From the NCBI GenBank assembly GCA_013239625.1, contig MU053379.1, forward strand, positions 5,456,714-5,514,444: a DNA stretch of 57,731 nucleotides, given 5' to 3'. Of the stretch, positions 38,201 to 50,329 are shown piece after piece. The position numbers were made by a program, and so were the translations under genes. The DNA comes from Lama guanicoe. Lineage: Eukaryota. Each line of letters opens with the position of its first letter. The first letter of the stretch is position 1. The notes beneath the pieces were generated by a model. The model worked only from the letters and a program-made list of their open reading frames with translations. It was not told the origin of the DNA and searched no databases.

Positions 38201-41110
38201 GACTTGCATTGCATCTGAATTGTATGTAACTTCAGTTATTGTCCAGAGGCTTTGGTTCCGTCTGCTTGCCTCTCCTTGGCTGGGGTTTTGTTGGAAGCAT
38301 GTGAGAAGGAAAACAGGATTTGTTTAGTCCTGCCGGCGGTTGTACCTGGTATCTGTGCCTGCTACACTCATGGGGTGAGGTGATGGCGCGCAGAGCAGAA
38401 ACGCCTCGGAATGTCTCCATCAGCCCTCCCTTCGTCTGCCTCCGTGAGTCTCCCTCATGCCCTGGTTCCCAGCCACATAGTTCTACCTGGGCCATATGTG
38501 AAGCTCCAGGTCCCCAGCTTCCAAGCCCATGTCTCTGTCTGGTCACTCGCGTCCCTGTCTGGACCCCACTGGAGTCCATCCCGAACGCGCACCTTACTCA
38601 GTCCCATTTGGGTCTCTGTTTCTGTAACTCACATCAGGAAGGTAGACTTGCTCCCCGAGTGCTGGTCCCTGCGTCTGGACCCTGGTACCTGTTGCTTGCT
38701 TTCCTAGGGCGCAGTCCTTTACGTGCACCTGGCTGTCCCTGCACCTCCTTACCTCCTGCCTCAGCCCAGCTGCTCGCTTCCCAGCAGGGTGTGTCCCCTC
38801 TGCTGGTGCTTGTCCCAGGCCCCTCATAACTCTGCTCTCCACCAGTCCCGCCCCAGCTCCTGGTTCTGAGCCCCCAAGACTGACTCGGGGCAGCCAGGCT
38901 CTGGAATGCCTGGAGCAGGGAACTCTTCATTAAAGGGTTTCTCCCTTGTACAAAGTTCCCTGCAGAGAAGATTTCCTTTTTCCGTTCTCCTATGTCTCAT
39001 GTGGGAGCTGAGCACGGCGTTCTTAGGCAATTGGTGCATTTACAAATGCGGGGCACAGGGACTGAGATCTTGGGAACAGAAATCAAGAAAACTCACCGTA
39101 CATTAAACTTTTCCCCTAAGAAACCCCTCAGGGTTTGCAAACATGACCAGCTAACTTTAAACAATGGTGCATTCTCATCAGAAACTGAATTATTCCAGAA
39201 GGGCACGATTTGCTGTGACAAGGGTACACTGCTCGTGGCTTTGGTGGAATGCAGATGACAAGAGAAAACTAGCTAATAGTTCTGTAGCTACTAACTAAGT
39301 TAGTGCCCTCTCCCACAGTGGGAAAAAAAAGAAGCAGAACATGAACTTGACGGCCCCCAAATTAGGAGATGGTTACTCGAACTCCAACACAGAAGTTACG
39401 GTCCGCTCACCTGAATTAACTCTTTGATGTTAGATGGACCACTTTTTGTAGTTTGAGGGGGGGTGTGTGCACAGACCACATCTGGGAGGGGCCTATTTTG
39501 CAGTAAATGTGGGGGACACTTTTCAGTTGAGAACCTGCGGAACTCCTTTTGAGTGACATGTGGATGTATTTCAAATGAAGAACTATTTGTTCCCAAGACT
39601 AGTGGGTTAAAAAAAAATCTAAATAGAATCCAAAAGAAATACTCTATTTCACTTCTATCCCAGGCAAAATGATGAGAAAAATTCTTTATGGAAAAGATCC
39701 ATAAATGCAGAGATGATGTATTTAAATGAACTCATTAGGAAGTTTTTCACTGCTCCCTGCTGTCAGGTTCTAAAAGAAACATGGTCAATTTGTTGTAACA
39801 ACTGACTCAAGATGAATCAGTTGAACAGACTGGTTTGAAAAAAGAGAATTTTCTGCCTCTATTTCCACTGCTTTCCAGCCATTGATGCTGATGCTCACTT
39901 CATGTTTGTGAGCCGTGGTTTGTCAGCCCCAGGAAGCAACTCCAGCAAAGTGTGTGTCAGTGGCTGGAGGGTGTGGGGCACTGTGTGTGATCTGTAAGAT
40001 GACACATTCACAAGGAAGTACTGGCAACACTTCGCCCAGGCTGTCTGTTTCACCCTCTTGCTGAATTTCATAATTTTGAATTGACTTTTTTATATTTCCG
40101 TAATTTAGGTAAAACACTCCTCATTAATAAAAGCACGGCCTTCTAACAAAATGAATGAATGGCTTATTTTTCGCAGTGTAATTCCGACTTGAGATGTTAT
40201 TTTTGTTTTGCTGTATGACATGAAGAAATGAGGAGTAATAACGGTCGTAGGTAATAGAGCAGCGGTCACCAGTGGCAAGGCACTGTTTTCTCACTTCCAC
40301 ATATGATTTTACTTAGACGTGAGCTGGAGTGGGGTAGGTATAGTGCTGTTATAATCCCCATTTCACAGATGAAGAAACTGAGTCACTGTCTCAGGCCACG
40401 TTTGGTGACAGATGGAGCCATGATGGGAAACCCTGCAGCCTGACCCCCTCCCCCTCTTAACCTCTCTGCACAGCAGGCACAAGCCCTGCGGTGACAGGGG
40501 AACAATGCATAGACCTGACCGTGGCTGCAGTGGTATCAGCGTGTAGTGATCCCTGCTAACTGCACACTCCTGGCTCTGCTGGCCTGGGGACCACGGGCCT
40601 GTCCACGCTCAGCTTGGTCTCTCTGTCTTGGGGAGAAAGTTCCAGCACATGAAGGGGGCGGTGCACTCACCTTGAGTGAGCCTGCGCCTCAGACAGACAC
40701 CCATCGGGCTCATCCAGAGGCCCCACACACCCAGCCCTGCCTCTCATCTCTGTGCTGTCAGACACCTTTGGATTTTAGCCACGCTTACCACCACCTTCAG
40801 CACCCCATCTTCAAATTATGCACACAGTCTTCACAGGACTTGAGTCCACTGGGTGTGCACCCTGAGTTTCCCTGTCTGCTCCAGCCTGGGGTCCTCTATA
40901 TATAGCACCAGGCTGGTGCTCCCGTATGCCCACCTGGTCCTGTCTGTCCCCCCCCACCCCCGTCAGCAGCCCTGGGTCAGGACAGCAGATTCGCTGTGGG
41001 GGACAGCGGGCCCAGCTGGGACCTGGGATCCTGGGAGGCCTTTGCCCGCAGGTCCTTGGAGACACCAGCTCAGGCTCCCGAGAGCTAATTGTACAGGAAA
41101 GGAAACAGCA

Positions 41111-41277
41111 TGTTAACTGCTGACAGGCTTAAACCACTTCTCCTTAAACAGGTGGATTGAGCAAACCTGGAGTTATCTTGCAGTGACAGCACTGCGCACA
41201 TGCAGGACAGGACGACCCTGAGCCCAGCCTCTGCAGCCTTGCAGGACTCTGAGGGTAGAAATGTCATCACTGGAGCA
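41111..41277 (+). repeat. 5' LTR fragment of the ERV (3' part deleted)
   Basis: Starts TGTTAA and aligns by eye with 45345-45500 (aaacaggt.gattgagcaaacctgga.ttat, gacgaccctgagcccagcctctgc, cactggagc). Confidence 0.75.
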
Positions 41278-44200
41278 AGTATGGGGCGCCTTCCTGTAGG
41301 CAGTGCCCTGGGTCCCAGCAGCCCTCCTTGGCCGCTGGCCCGGCTCCGTCGCCCCCTCACCAAATGGTCCCAGAGCAATGCTCTCCCCTCCCCGCACCAC
41401 CAGGCAGTCAGTGTAGCCCAGGGATACTGCCCACAGTGGGGCATTTCTGTAAAGGCAGGTCCAGGCCAAAGAGGGGGTGTGGACGTGCATCCCCCTGGGT
41501 CAGCAGTGGGTCTGTGTTATTGCAGAGATAATCTAAGAAAATGGAGAATCTCTTTACATGCGTTTTCCCTCTTGTCCTCCTGACTGGCTGGCATTTGGGC
41601 CCCATGAATACCCCTGTCAGGAGGAACACAGGATGGCATCAGAGAAGGCCGCCTGGCAGCCGAAATCATGATCAAATCATCCCCTCAGAACTAGGGCCTC
41701 CCTGAAGCTGAGCCTTGAGGGGGCCTGGTGACCTGGGGGTGGAGCTGGGCTGAAAGGCTTCAAAAGGGGGCCCCAAACCAAAGAGCTTGCATAAGACCCA
41801 GAAAGGGCAGTACGGCCTGGGAGAACTCATCCACCCTCCTGGGGAGGGTTCCTGAGGCTTACAGGCAGCACCCCGATCCCGATCCAAATGCCCTGGGGGG
41901 ATGTGCCTAAATGCTCCAGCCCCCGCGTGAGGGCGAGACCCTCTAGCAGAATGAAATGCCCACCCAGACCAAGCGTCTGCCCTCCAAGCTACAGCATGCC
42001 CACGGGGGCCTCGGCCCCACCCAGAAGCCCCTGAAGACATTCTGCAAAATGAGGGTGGACGTTTGGGCTGATAGGAGGCCTGGGAGAGCCCAGATGGCTG
42101 GCCCAATGGCAGTGAAACTCCGTCCAGGGGCCGGGCTCCAATTTAAAGCAGTAGCCACTAACGAGGCATCTGAAGGCAGGTATAAAGCCCACAGCCACCT
42201 TCTTGAATGCCAGTTACCCCAGCCTCCTCAGCCCATATGTAACACTCCATCCCGTCAGTACAAAAACCCAAGACCAGAGACGACTGCTCTATACAGGATC
42301 TGAGGGCTGTTAGCCAAACTGTAAAGGATACACACCCGGTGGTGCCAAATCCTACTTTGCTTACAGCTTTGCCTGGAGACTAGGGCTGGCTTAAAATTCT
42401 GGGCTTAAAAGATGCCTTTTCCTGTGTGCCCCTAAGTTCTGAGCCCCTAGGTTCCCTTGGTGGGTGATGGTCCTGAGACTGACGTGAAACAACCATATTT
42501 CTGGCTGGGACCCCCAGAGGATTTGAGTACGCCCCCCTCCACCTTCAGGGAAGCCCTAGGCAAGGACTGAGGGTGTCTCACTTCCTCCAGGCTGTGGGTG
42601 ACACACACTGAGTGCAGGACCGAGGAAGCTCGAGACCAAACTGCAGTCACAGCGAGTCTCCAAGGGGAAAGCACGGATTCCTCAACCAGCTGGAGGAATT
42701 TAGGATTCGAGTTATCAAAGGGCAAAGACACTTCCTGCAGGACCGAAGGGAAGCACTAGTGAGGGTGGCCACACACCCCGCCAGAGGGAATGAAGAGGAT
42801 TCTTAGGAACAACTGGGTTTTGTCCCATTTGGAGTCCTGACTTTGGACTCATAGCCAAACCCCTAAATGAGGCTCTCTAAGGGAAAACCAGTGAGCCACC
42901 AAGCTGGACTCCGGGATGCTGTAAGGCCTTCCACACCATCAGGGAGGAACTTACAACAGCCCAGCGCTTGGTCTCCCATTTTGTGCATGAAAGACAGGGC
43001 GTGAGTCTTGGAGGCTAACTCAGAATTTAGGTTCCTCCAGAAGACCAGTAGGTTACTCTTCCAAACAACTGGATGTGTAACCCAAGGAAGGTCAGTTTGC
43101 TCTGGGCTGTGGCACAACCTGTGGCCTTTTAGAAAATGCTGAAAAATGGACCCTGGGCCACCTACACGGCGCTCACCGCAGTTTGTGTGCAACCTTTCCT
43201 GGAACGAAAGGGCGGATATTGGCTGATGGGGGTGGGGGTGGTGCTGGGCAAATCCTCACTAGTTGACAATCTGGATTCAACACTGAAGGCGGCGTCCCCT
43301 CTAAACCGAGCCACCTTGCCCCCCAGCACGACAGGAGACCCTGTTCACGACTGTATCCAAGTAACTGAAGAGGACCCGACCTGACTGATCAGACTTTAGG
43401 AAACCCGGATGTGAGAATGTCCGTGGGTGGAAGCAGCTTCCTGGACCGGGCCGTGCAGGAGTTACTCATCCGGGGGTCTGAGAAGCAGACGCCCTCCTCC
43501 AGGGGCGCCTGCCCAGAGGGCCGGGCTCACAGCCCTCCCAGAGCCCTGCGCCTTGGAGCTGAGGGAAAGGAACCACCGACACTGACTCCAAGTGTCCCTT
43601 GTCTGTCACAGGTGCACACGGGCCACGTGGAAAGAGAGAGGTCTACTGACATCAGGAAGAAAAGAATTAAGCTGTCAGAGGAGATGCTGGCTTATCAGAC
43701 AGTCATGGTGTGGGAGAAGGACCCTAGCATGCTGCCCGGCCACCCAGACTGAGAGTTTCATAAGTAAAGGACATAACTTGGCTGTCAGGTAGCAAAAAGG
43801 GCGGCCAGAACAGAAGACCCTAGCGCTCATTTCGAGTGTGGACCTGCCGTCCTTGTTTCTGCCTCGGATTTGAACATGGATCTCAAGAGCAGACAGATGG
43901 AGGTTCATGCTGATGCTCGAGACTCAGGTGGTGATCAGCGCTCAGCGGCCACGAGGCTGGACGGCTGAGGGTCGGGGAGCGTGGGCTGGGAGGAGCTGTC
44001 ACTCACCTCCACTGAGGGGCCTGTTATGGGGGGATGCAGCCTACCACCCGTTACACACGTTTTGCTGCCAGTTCACAAAGGCACGGGACCACTGGGAAGG
44101 GAAGACAAAGTTGCCTGGTCTGAGCCAAAGACAACCCTAAGGCTGGGCCACCTCCAGCCACAAAAGGGGTGCAGACCCGAGGTACAGAGCCAGGGGATGG

Positions 44201-45336
44201 TGGGTAAACAGACTTGACTGTGGGCCCAGAGCTGTGGGACTCTGTAGACGTTGGCTGGTGCTTGTGGTCACCTTCACAGGATGGGGCAAAGCTTTTCCGG
44301 GAGGAGGCCCCCCGGGAACAAAGGCCTTACTAGACATCTCCCCGCGAGCTGGGCTGCCTCTCTCAATTCTAAGTGGCAACCTAGTGACTTTCATAGCCGA
44401 GTGGACTAAGGCGATGTCGGGGGCCCTGGGGATATGACAGAAGTTCATGCTGCCCAGAGACCTCAGCCTCCGGGAGAGACGGAAATGAGTCAAACCTTAG
44501 AAAGACAGTCTCCAAAATATGCCAAGAAACCAGCATAACTTGGAATAAGGTCTTACCAGCTGCCCTGCTGAGGGTCAGAGTGGCCCCCGGAGCAAGCTCC
44601 AGTTAAGCCCTTCTGAGATGTCACGTGGGACGGCTTTCCCTGAGCCTGAGGCTGTACCGCACCTGGGTGTTACTTACCTGCTGTACATAAATAGCCTTGT
44701 AGTCCACTACTGTTTCCCACCGATGTCCCCTGCACCGTGGAAGCCCGGGGACCGGGTCCTCCTCCAATGTGGAAAAACAACACCCCGAGGACCAATGCAC
44801 CCAATGTGGAGCAGGCCCCATGAATTCCTTCCAGTTACACACTCTGCAGTAAAGGTAGAAGGGGTCATATCCTGGGGACACCACTCCCAGGGACATTCCA
44901 CCTGGCCAGGACGAGACGGCAGGGACATCTCGGAGCAGATTTCTGCCACCCAGGAGTCCAAACCAGACCCACATAAATCCAAATTCAATCACTGAAAGGT
45001 TAAAAATGACATGCTTTCAAGGATTCCCAAAGGAATAAGGTCTGTTTTTGAAGGACTGTTAAAATTAGGAGGCACTGTTCTGTGCATCTTAGGCTTAACC
45101 CTCTCACCCGTCACATTTCATGCTTAATGTCTGTCCCATATATTTAAAAAGGCCTCCTCCACTCACTTGATGATTGCCTGAGACTTCAGAGTTCAAGGTG
45201 GGACTCGTGAATATCTGCAAATACATGCAAAATGATTTCATTCCTCTTATAAAAATCCTTGCTCCTGATCAGCAGGAAGCAGCCAGCTGTGGGTGCCCTG
45301 CTTCCTCAGGACTGAGGAAGGCACAAAGAAAAAGCA

Positions 45337-45771
45337 GGTAGAACTCTGACCAGCTCAAGCTGGTTTTCCTCCTCAAACAGGTAGATTGAGCAAACCTGGA
45401 ATTATTTTACAGCGACAGCCCTGCGCATGTTCAGGGACGACCCTGAGCCCAGCCTCTGCTGCTGCGGGACTCTGAGAACAGGAACATTGCCACTGGAGCC
45501 CTTTAAGAGGCAAGAAGTCCTTCAACAAGGAAAACCTGGCTTCCAGCAGCCCCAGGAGCTCATGTGGACTGATCAGCAAGTCAGCTTCCAGACTGGATGT
45601 TCCGCTAACACTGTAAATTCTGCCCTGAAACCTGGGTTGGGAGACAGATTGGAGCCATGCCTCCCATCTCCCTTATGGTTGACCCTGCAAGCAAGCTCTT
45701 TCCTTTCTCAAAAGCTGGTGTCGTGGTGCTGGCTGCTGTGCACTCTGGACAGGGACTTGTGCTCCCTAACA
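45337..45771 (+). repeat. 3' LTR of the ERV
   Basis: Follows a purine-rich tract (aaagaaaaag), is homologous to 41111-41277 and ends TAACA. Confidence 0.72.
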
Positions 45772-45848
45772 GATATCTCTGCTCTGACATTCAAGTCAAA
45801 TCAAAAGTCGACGCCAATCATCTGATCTTGAGAGTGAAAGGTTCTTAC

Positions 45849-46738
45849 CTGACTCAGGGAGGTGGGTGTCCTGTGATGCTGCACTCCAAGTAGACTCGAC
45901 TGCCTTCGGCCACCTCCTGGCTCCGCAGCTTCTGGGTGAGCCTTGGAGCTGCAGGGAGGCTGTGAGCGCTGGGGTGTGGCGGGGGCGAGCGGCCGTGGGG
46001 CTGGACTGCATCCCGGGCTCCGGGAGCCTGGCCGCCTCCTCCTCCTGCCTGTCTCCTTTGGGGCTCCGGCTGGATGAGGTGCTCTCCAGGGCCATGGGCT
46101 GGGTTTTAGGAGACAGGTACTCACTGTCTGGGGATGACTCCCCGTTGGGGCTCCTGTTCCTCGGCCTAGCGGCTTCTCTGAAAATGGACGTCAGCTCCTG
46201 GATGAAGCTGGCCGCCTTGTTGCGCAGCTGGCTCTGGGGCCCGGCCTGGCCCGGCCCAGGTGCGGGGCCCTGGGCGTGGCGCTGGGGCCGGGGTTGGGGA
46301 GGCTGGGCCCAGTGCTTGCCGGCCCTCCAGAGGCTGTGGATGTAGCTAGGGCTGGCCAGTAGGGGCGAGGCGGCTGCCCTCCTCTGTGGGCCTGGGGGAG
46401 GTGACGCTGCCCGCTCTGCTGGTGGAGGGCTGGCCCCGGGTGGGCCTGGGGTCCAGAGGCCTTCCTGGGGCGGTGGGCTCCCCGGATCCACCCTCCTGAT
46501 GGGACTGCTTCCTGTACAGGCTTCCCAGGGAGCAGCTGACAACCTGTGGGATCTCCGTTTCCGAGGCGCAGGCTTCGGCCTCAGAGTTGGTGATAGCTCT
46601 CCGGGCCAGGTCGAGGCTCCTGTGGATCTCCTCCTGGCTGGGGAAGGCGGACAGCCCAGGGAAGAAGGCTGCATCCTGGTCATCCACCTGCACGTCCGAC
46701 AGGGAGTCGTAGGAGTCTGGGGATGACGTTTCCGACAT
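45849..46738 (-). pseudogene. PALLD: PALLD (palladin) first coding exon of the long (about 200 kDa) isoform, disabled copy
   Basis: MSETSSPDSYDSLSD...FFPGLSAFPSQEEIHRSLDLARRAI matches human MSGTSSHESFYDSLSD...FFPGLSAFLSQEEINKSLDLARRAI. Homology moves to a second frame (SPLLASPSYIHSL...QSQLRNKAASFIQELTSIFREAARPRNRSPNGESSPDSEYLSPK) and then returns to the first (PAAPRLTQKLRSQEVAEGSRVYLECSITGHPPP*V, start of Ig1). TGA at 45854-45856 replaces Arg. The donor AG|gtaag after 45849 is intact. A candidate acceptor lies at about 46819-46825. Confidence 0.93.
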
Positions 46739-46849
46739 GCTTGTGGAGGTTCATGCACTCTGCCTGCTTCCCACAGGGGGCTGGGGCTGGAACCAGCTCT
46801 GGGGACGATAGAGGCATGCCTGCCTTAGGAACATGACCAGCACACAGTA

Positions 46850-47580
46850 AACGTGGTTGGGGTGTGGGGAGCAGCCGCCCCCAATGTGGGCAGGAGTGCG
46901 ATTAGTGCAGCCGCGTGGAGGGCAGTACGGAGGGTCCTCAAAAAACCAAAGCTAGAACAATCCAGCAATCCCTGGCACATATGCCCAATATCCTGGGCAT
47001 ATATCTGGGGAAAACTCTTGATTCGTAAGGATAGATGCACCCCAATGTTCACAGCGGCACTACTTACAACAGTCAAGACATGGACGCAACCTAAAGGTCC
47101 ATCAACGGATGACTGGATAAAGAAGTTGTGGTGTATTTATACAATGGAATACTACTCAGCCATAAAAAAGAATAAAATAATGCCATTTGCAGCAACATGG
47201 ATGGACCTAGAAGTTATCATAGTAAGTGAAGTAAGCCAGACAAAGACAAATATATGATATCACTTATATGTGGAATCTTAAAAAATGACACACAAATGAA
47301 CTTATTTACAAAACAAAAACAGACTCACAGACATAAAAACAAACTCATGGTTACCAAAAGGGAAAGGAAGGAGGTGAGGGGTAAATTAAGAGTTTGGAAT
47401 TTGCAGATTCTAACATATATAAAATAGATAAACAATAAGGTCCTACTGTATAGCACAGGGAACTATATTCAATAACTTATAATATCCTATAATGAAAAAC
47501 AGAATATGAAAAATCACTATGCTGTATACCAGAAACTAACATAACATTGTAAATCAACTATATTTCAATTAAAAAAATAC
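46850..47580 (+). mobile_element. LINE-1 3' fragment immediately upstream of the PALLD exon acceptor
   Basis: CTPMFTAALLTTVKTWTQPKGPSTDDWIKKLWCIYTMEYYSAIKKNKIMPFAATWMDLE (ORF2 end), 3' UTR and A-tail. Confidence 0.95.
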
Positions 47581-48454
47581 AAAATTCCTCCCCAACACAG
47601 TAGTAATGACTCGGTGGGGAAGGGTGTGTGTTATCATAATATTACCATTCTACAAGTTGGGAGAAACATTAAGGCGAACAAATGTACTATTTAAATCATT
47701 TTCCTCTACTCTGTAAATTGGCAGAAATAGCAAGTATACTTTGTATTTGTCATTTATCATTTTAATTTGATATTTTGCCCCGTGAGTGAATATTAAGCAT
47801 CTCACTGCCCATCATCACCTAACTCAGGAGGGTGATGCCCATGGTTGGAGTTGTGAGTGGATGGGGCTGTCTGCTGCCCGAGCCCCCCTCTCCTGCCCAC
47901 TGCATGCCTCATTTCAGCTCTAATTTTGTGGATGTAACGAGAAAAGGAGCTTCTCAGTATTTGAAGTAAATCTGACTCTGCTTATGTCACCTGAACCATG
48001 AAGTCCGTTTGGACTCCACTGCCACTTAATTTTAGTTTTCCATGAAATTTTTGGAATCTTATTGTCTCTCTTCCTTCACTGGTGTCCAGCCACGTGCATC
48101 CACCTTCGTTCTTCAGTGGTAAATTCAGCAGGGAGTTCATGGTCCCTGGTTCAGCGTCAGGCGCTGGAGGTGCAGTTGTGCCCCAGTCCCGGGGTTGGCA
48201 GACTTCCCCACCAAGGAGCAGATGGCAGGGGTCCCTATTTGCAGATTGTACTGTCCCCAATTCCTCACCTCTGCTCTTGCACCATGAAACCACCCAGAGA
48301 GGAGCCCTGAATGATGGTGCGGGGCTGTGTGCACAAAACCTTACTTACAGACACTAAGACTGAATTTTACGTATGTCTTACATCTCAAAATACTACTCTT
48401 CTTTTGAAACTGATTTTTGAAAAAGCTTCCTCCTTTTTAAAAAAAATCATTTCA

Positions 48455-48588
48455 CTTTTTTTGGTGGGTTATTTTGGGGGGTCAGATTAGGTTCATTTAT
48501 TTATTTATTTGATGATAGTACTGGTGATTAGACCCAGGACCTCATGCATGCTAAGCATGTGCTCTACCGCTGAGCTCTACCTTCCCCC
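48455..48588 (-). mobile_element. tRNA-derived SINE (same family as 30049-30212)
   Basis: Reverse complement reads GGGGAAGGTAGAGCTCAGCGGTAGAGCACATGCTTAGCATGCATGAGGTCCTGGGTCTAATC. Confidence 0.9.
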
Positions 48589-48599
48589 TCCATCTTTTT

Positions 48600-48842
48600 A
48601 AATTATTTTTTTATTTTATTTTTTATTGAAGTACAGTTGATTTACAATGTTAGGTGTACAGCAAAGCAATTCAGGTATATGTATACTTACATACATATTT
48701 TTTCTCTTTAGATTCTTTTCCATTATATGTTATTACAAGAAATTGACTCTAGTTCCCTGTGCTATCAGTAGGTCCTTGTGTTGTTCATCTATTTTATATA
48801 CAGTAGTGTGTATCTGCTAATCCCAAACCTCCAATTTATCAG
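48600..48842 (-). mobile_element. LINE-1 3' UTR fragment
   Basis: T-tail followed by attgaagtacagttgatttacaatgtt...agttccctgtgcta. Confidence 0.85.
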
Positions 48843-48890
48843 CGTCACCCGCAGCCCTGGCATTTTCAGTTTATGATGGATTTTGGCAAT

Positions 48891-50299
48891 GTTTATGGAA
48901 TACTTTGCAGAGACGTTGATGAGCTACTATGGTTGAAAAAAACTTTTTATGTTAGGAACAGACTGCCAGGTACCAAGGATCACTCAATATTCCAAACCAC
49001 AAGGGCCAGGCACTTTTGAGAGTCCAAACAGGGGCAGTAACATTTCACTAGCCATTAAAAATGAACTTATCTACAAAACAGAAACAGACTCGCAGACATA
49101 GTAAACAATCTTATGGTTACTGGGGAAAGGGGGTGGGAAGGGATAAACTGGGAGTTCCAGATTTAGATACACACTACTATATATAAAATAGATAAGCGAC
49201 AAGTTTTTCTGTAGAGCACAGGGAACCATATCAATATCTTAACCTATAATGAAAAAGAATATGAAAAGGAATATATGTATGCATACGTATGACTGAAACA
49301 TGATGCTGTACACCAGCTATTGACACAATGTAACTGACTATACTTCAATAAAAAATGCATGTATGGTTAGAGATAAATACTGGAGGAAGGTCAGAAGAAT
49401 GCATTATGCAATGGACGCTGATTCCGTCTGAGGTGGCGTTGGGGGCGGGGCAGGTAGGGGGTCTTTTGTTACTTTTTTCACATTCTTTGGGAAAAAAAGT
49501 GGAAATTATGAGTAATTTTAATATTTAATTTAGCATTTTATTCCTGTTTATTTTCATATTTACACAATTACATTAGCAGAATTTAGATAAGGAGAGAACT
49601 TTTGCCATAGTTTATGGAATACTTTGCAGAGACATTGATGAGCTACTATGGTTGAAAAAAACTTTTTATGTTAGGAACAGACTGCCAGGTACCAAGGATC
49701 ACACAATATTCCAAACCACAAGGGCCAGGCACTTTTGAGAGTCCAGACAGGGGCAGTAACATTACACTAGCCATTAAAAATGAACTTATCTACAAAACAG
49801 AAACAGACTCGCAGACATAGTAAACAATCTTATGGTTACTGGGGAAAGGGGGTGGGAAGGGATAAACTGGGAGTTCCAGATTTAGATACACACTACTATA
49901 TATAAAATAGATAAGCGACAAGTTTTTCTGTAGAGCACAGGGAACCATATTCAATATCTTGTAATAACCTATAATGGAAAAGAATATGAAAAGGAATATA
50001 TGTATGCATACGTATGACTGAAACATGATGCTGTACACCAGCTATTGACACAATGTAACTGACTATACTTCAATAAAAAAATGCATGTATGGTTAGAGAT
50101 TAATACTGGAGGAAGGTCAGAAGAATGTGCATCATGCAATGGACGCTGATTCCGTCTGAGGTGGCGTTGGGGGCGGGGCAGGTAGGGGGTCTTTTGTTAC
50201 TTTTTTCACATTCTTTGGGAAAAAAAGTGGAAATTATGAGTAATTTTAATATTTAATTTAGCATTTTATTCCTGTTTATTTTCATATTTACACAATTAC
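48891..50299. repeat. Tandem duplication, about 680-690 bp x2 (48891-49571 and 49610-50299), each copy carrying an L1 3' UTR piece
   Basis: Near-identical copies with a few substitutions and small indels, separated by a 38-bp spacer. Confidence 0.95.
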
Positions 50300-50329
50300 T
50301 TAAAAAGTAATAAAAGCTGTTGATAGAAA

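Larger units (their letters stand above)
41111..45771 (+). mobile_element. Degenerate ERV1 (gammaretrovirus-like) provirus: partial 5' LTR, gag-end/pro/pol remnants, 3' LTR
   Basis: RT motifs IQDLRAVSQTVKDTHPVVPNP (about 42290-42355), LKDAF (about 42400-42420) and a PQGF..SP..F-like stretch (about 42510-42560). Integrase motifs LVLVVTFTGWGKAFP, GLPLSI and PGDRVLL...AVKVEGVISWGHHS (44250-44890). Many stops and frameshifts. Homologous terminal repeats. Confidence 0.88.

Noticed and set aside
20500..41000. Many 60-190 aa ORFs, or further PALLD exons
   Set aside because: No recognisable homology or consistent splice structure, and the next PALLD exon (WFCEGKEL...) was not found; treated as intronic.
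45796..46758. 320-aa ORF as an intact gene (or as MYPN)
   Set aside because: Only its middle matches palladin; it results from frameshifts in the PALLD exon. The N-terminus and the Ig1 start match PALLD better than myopalladin.
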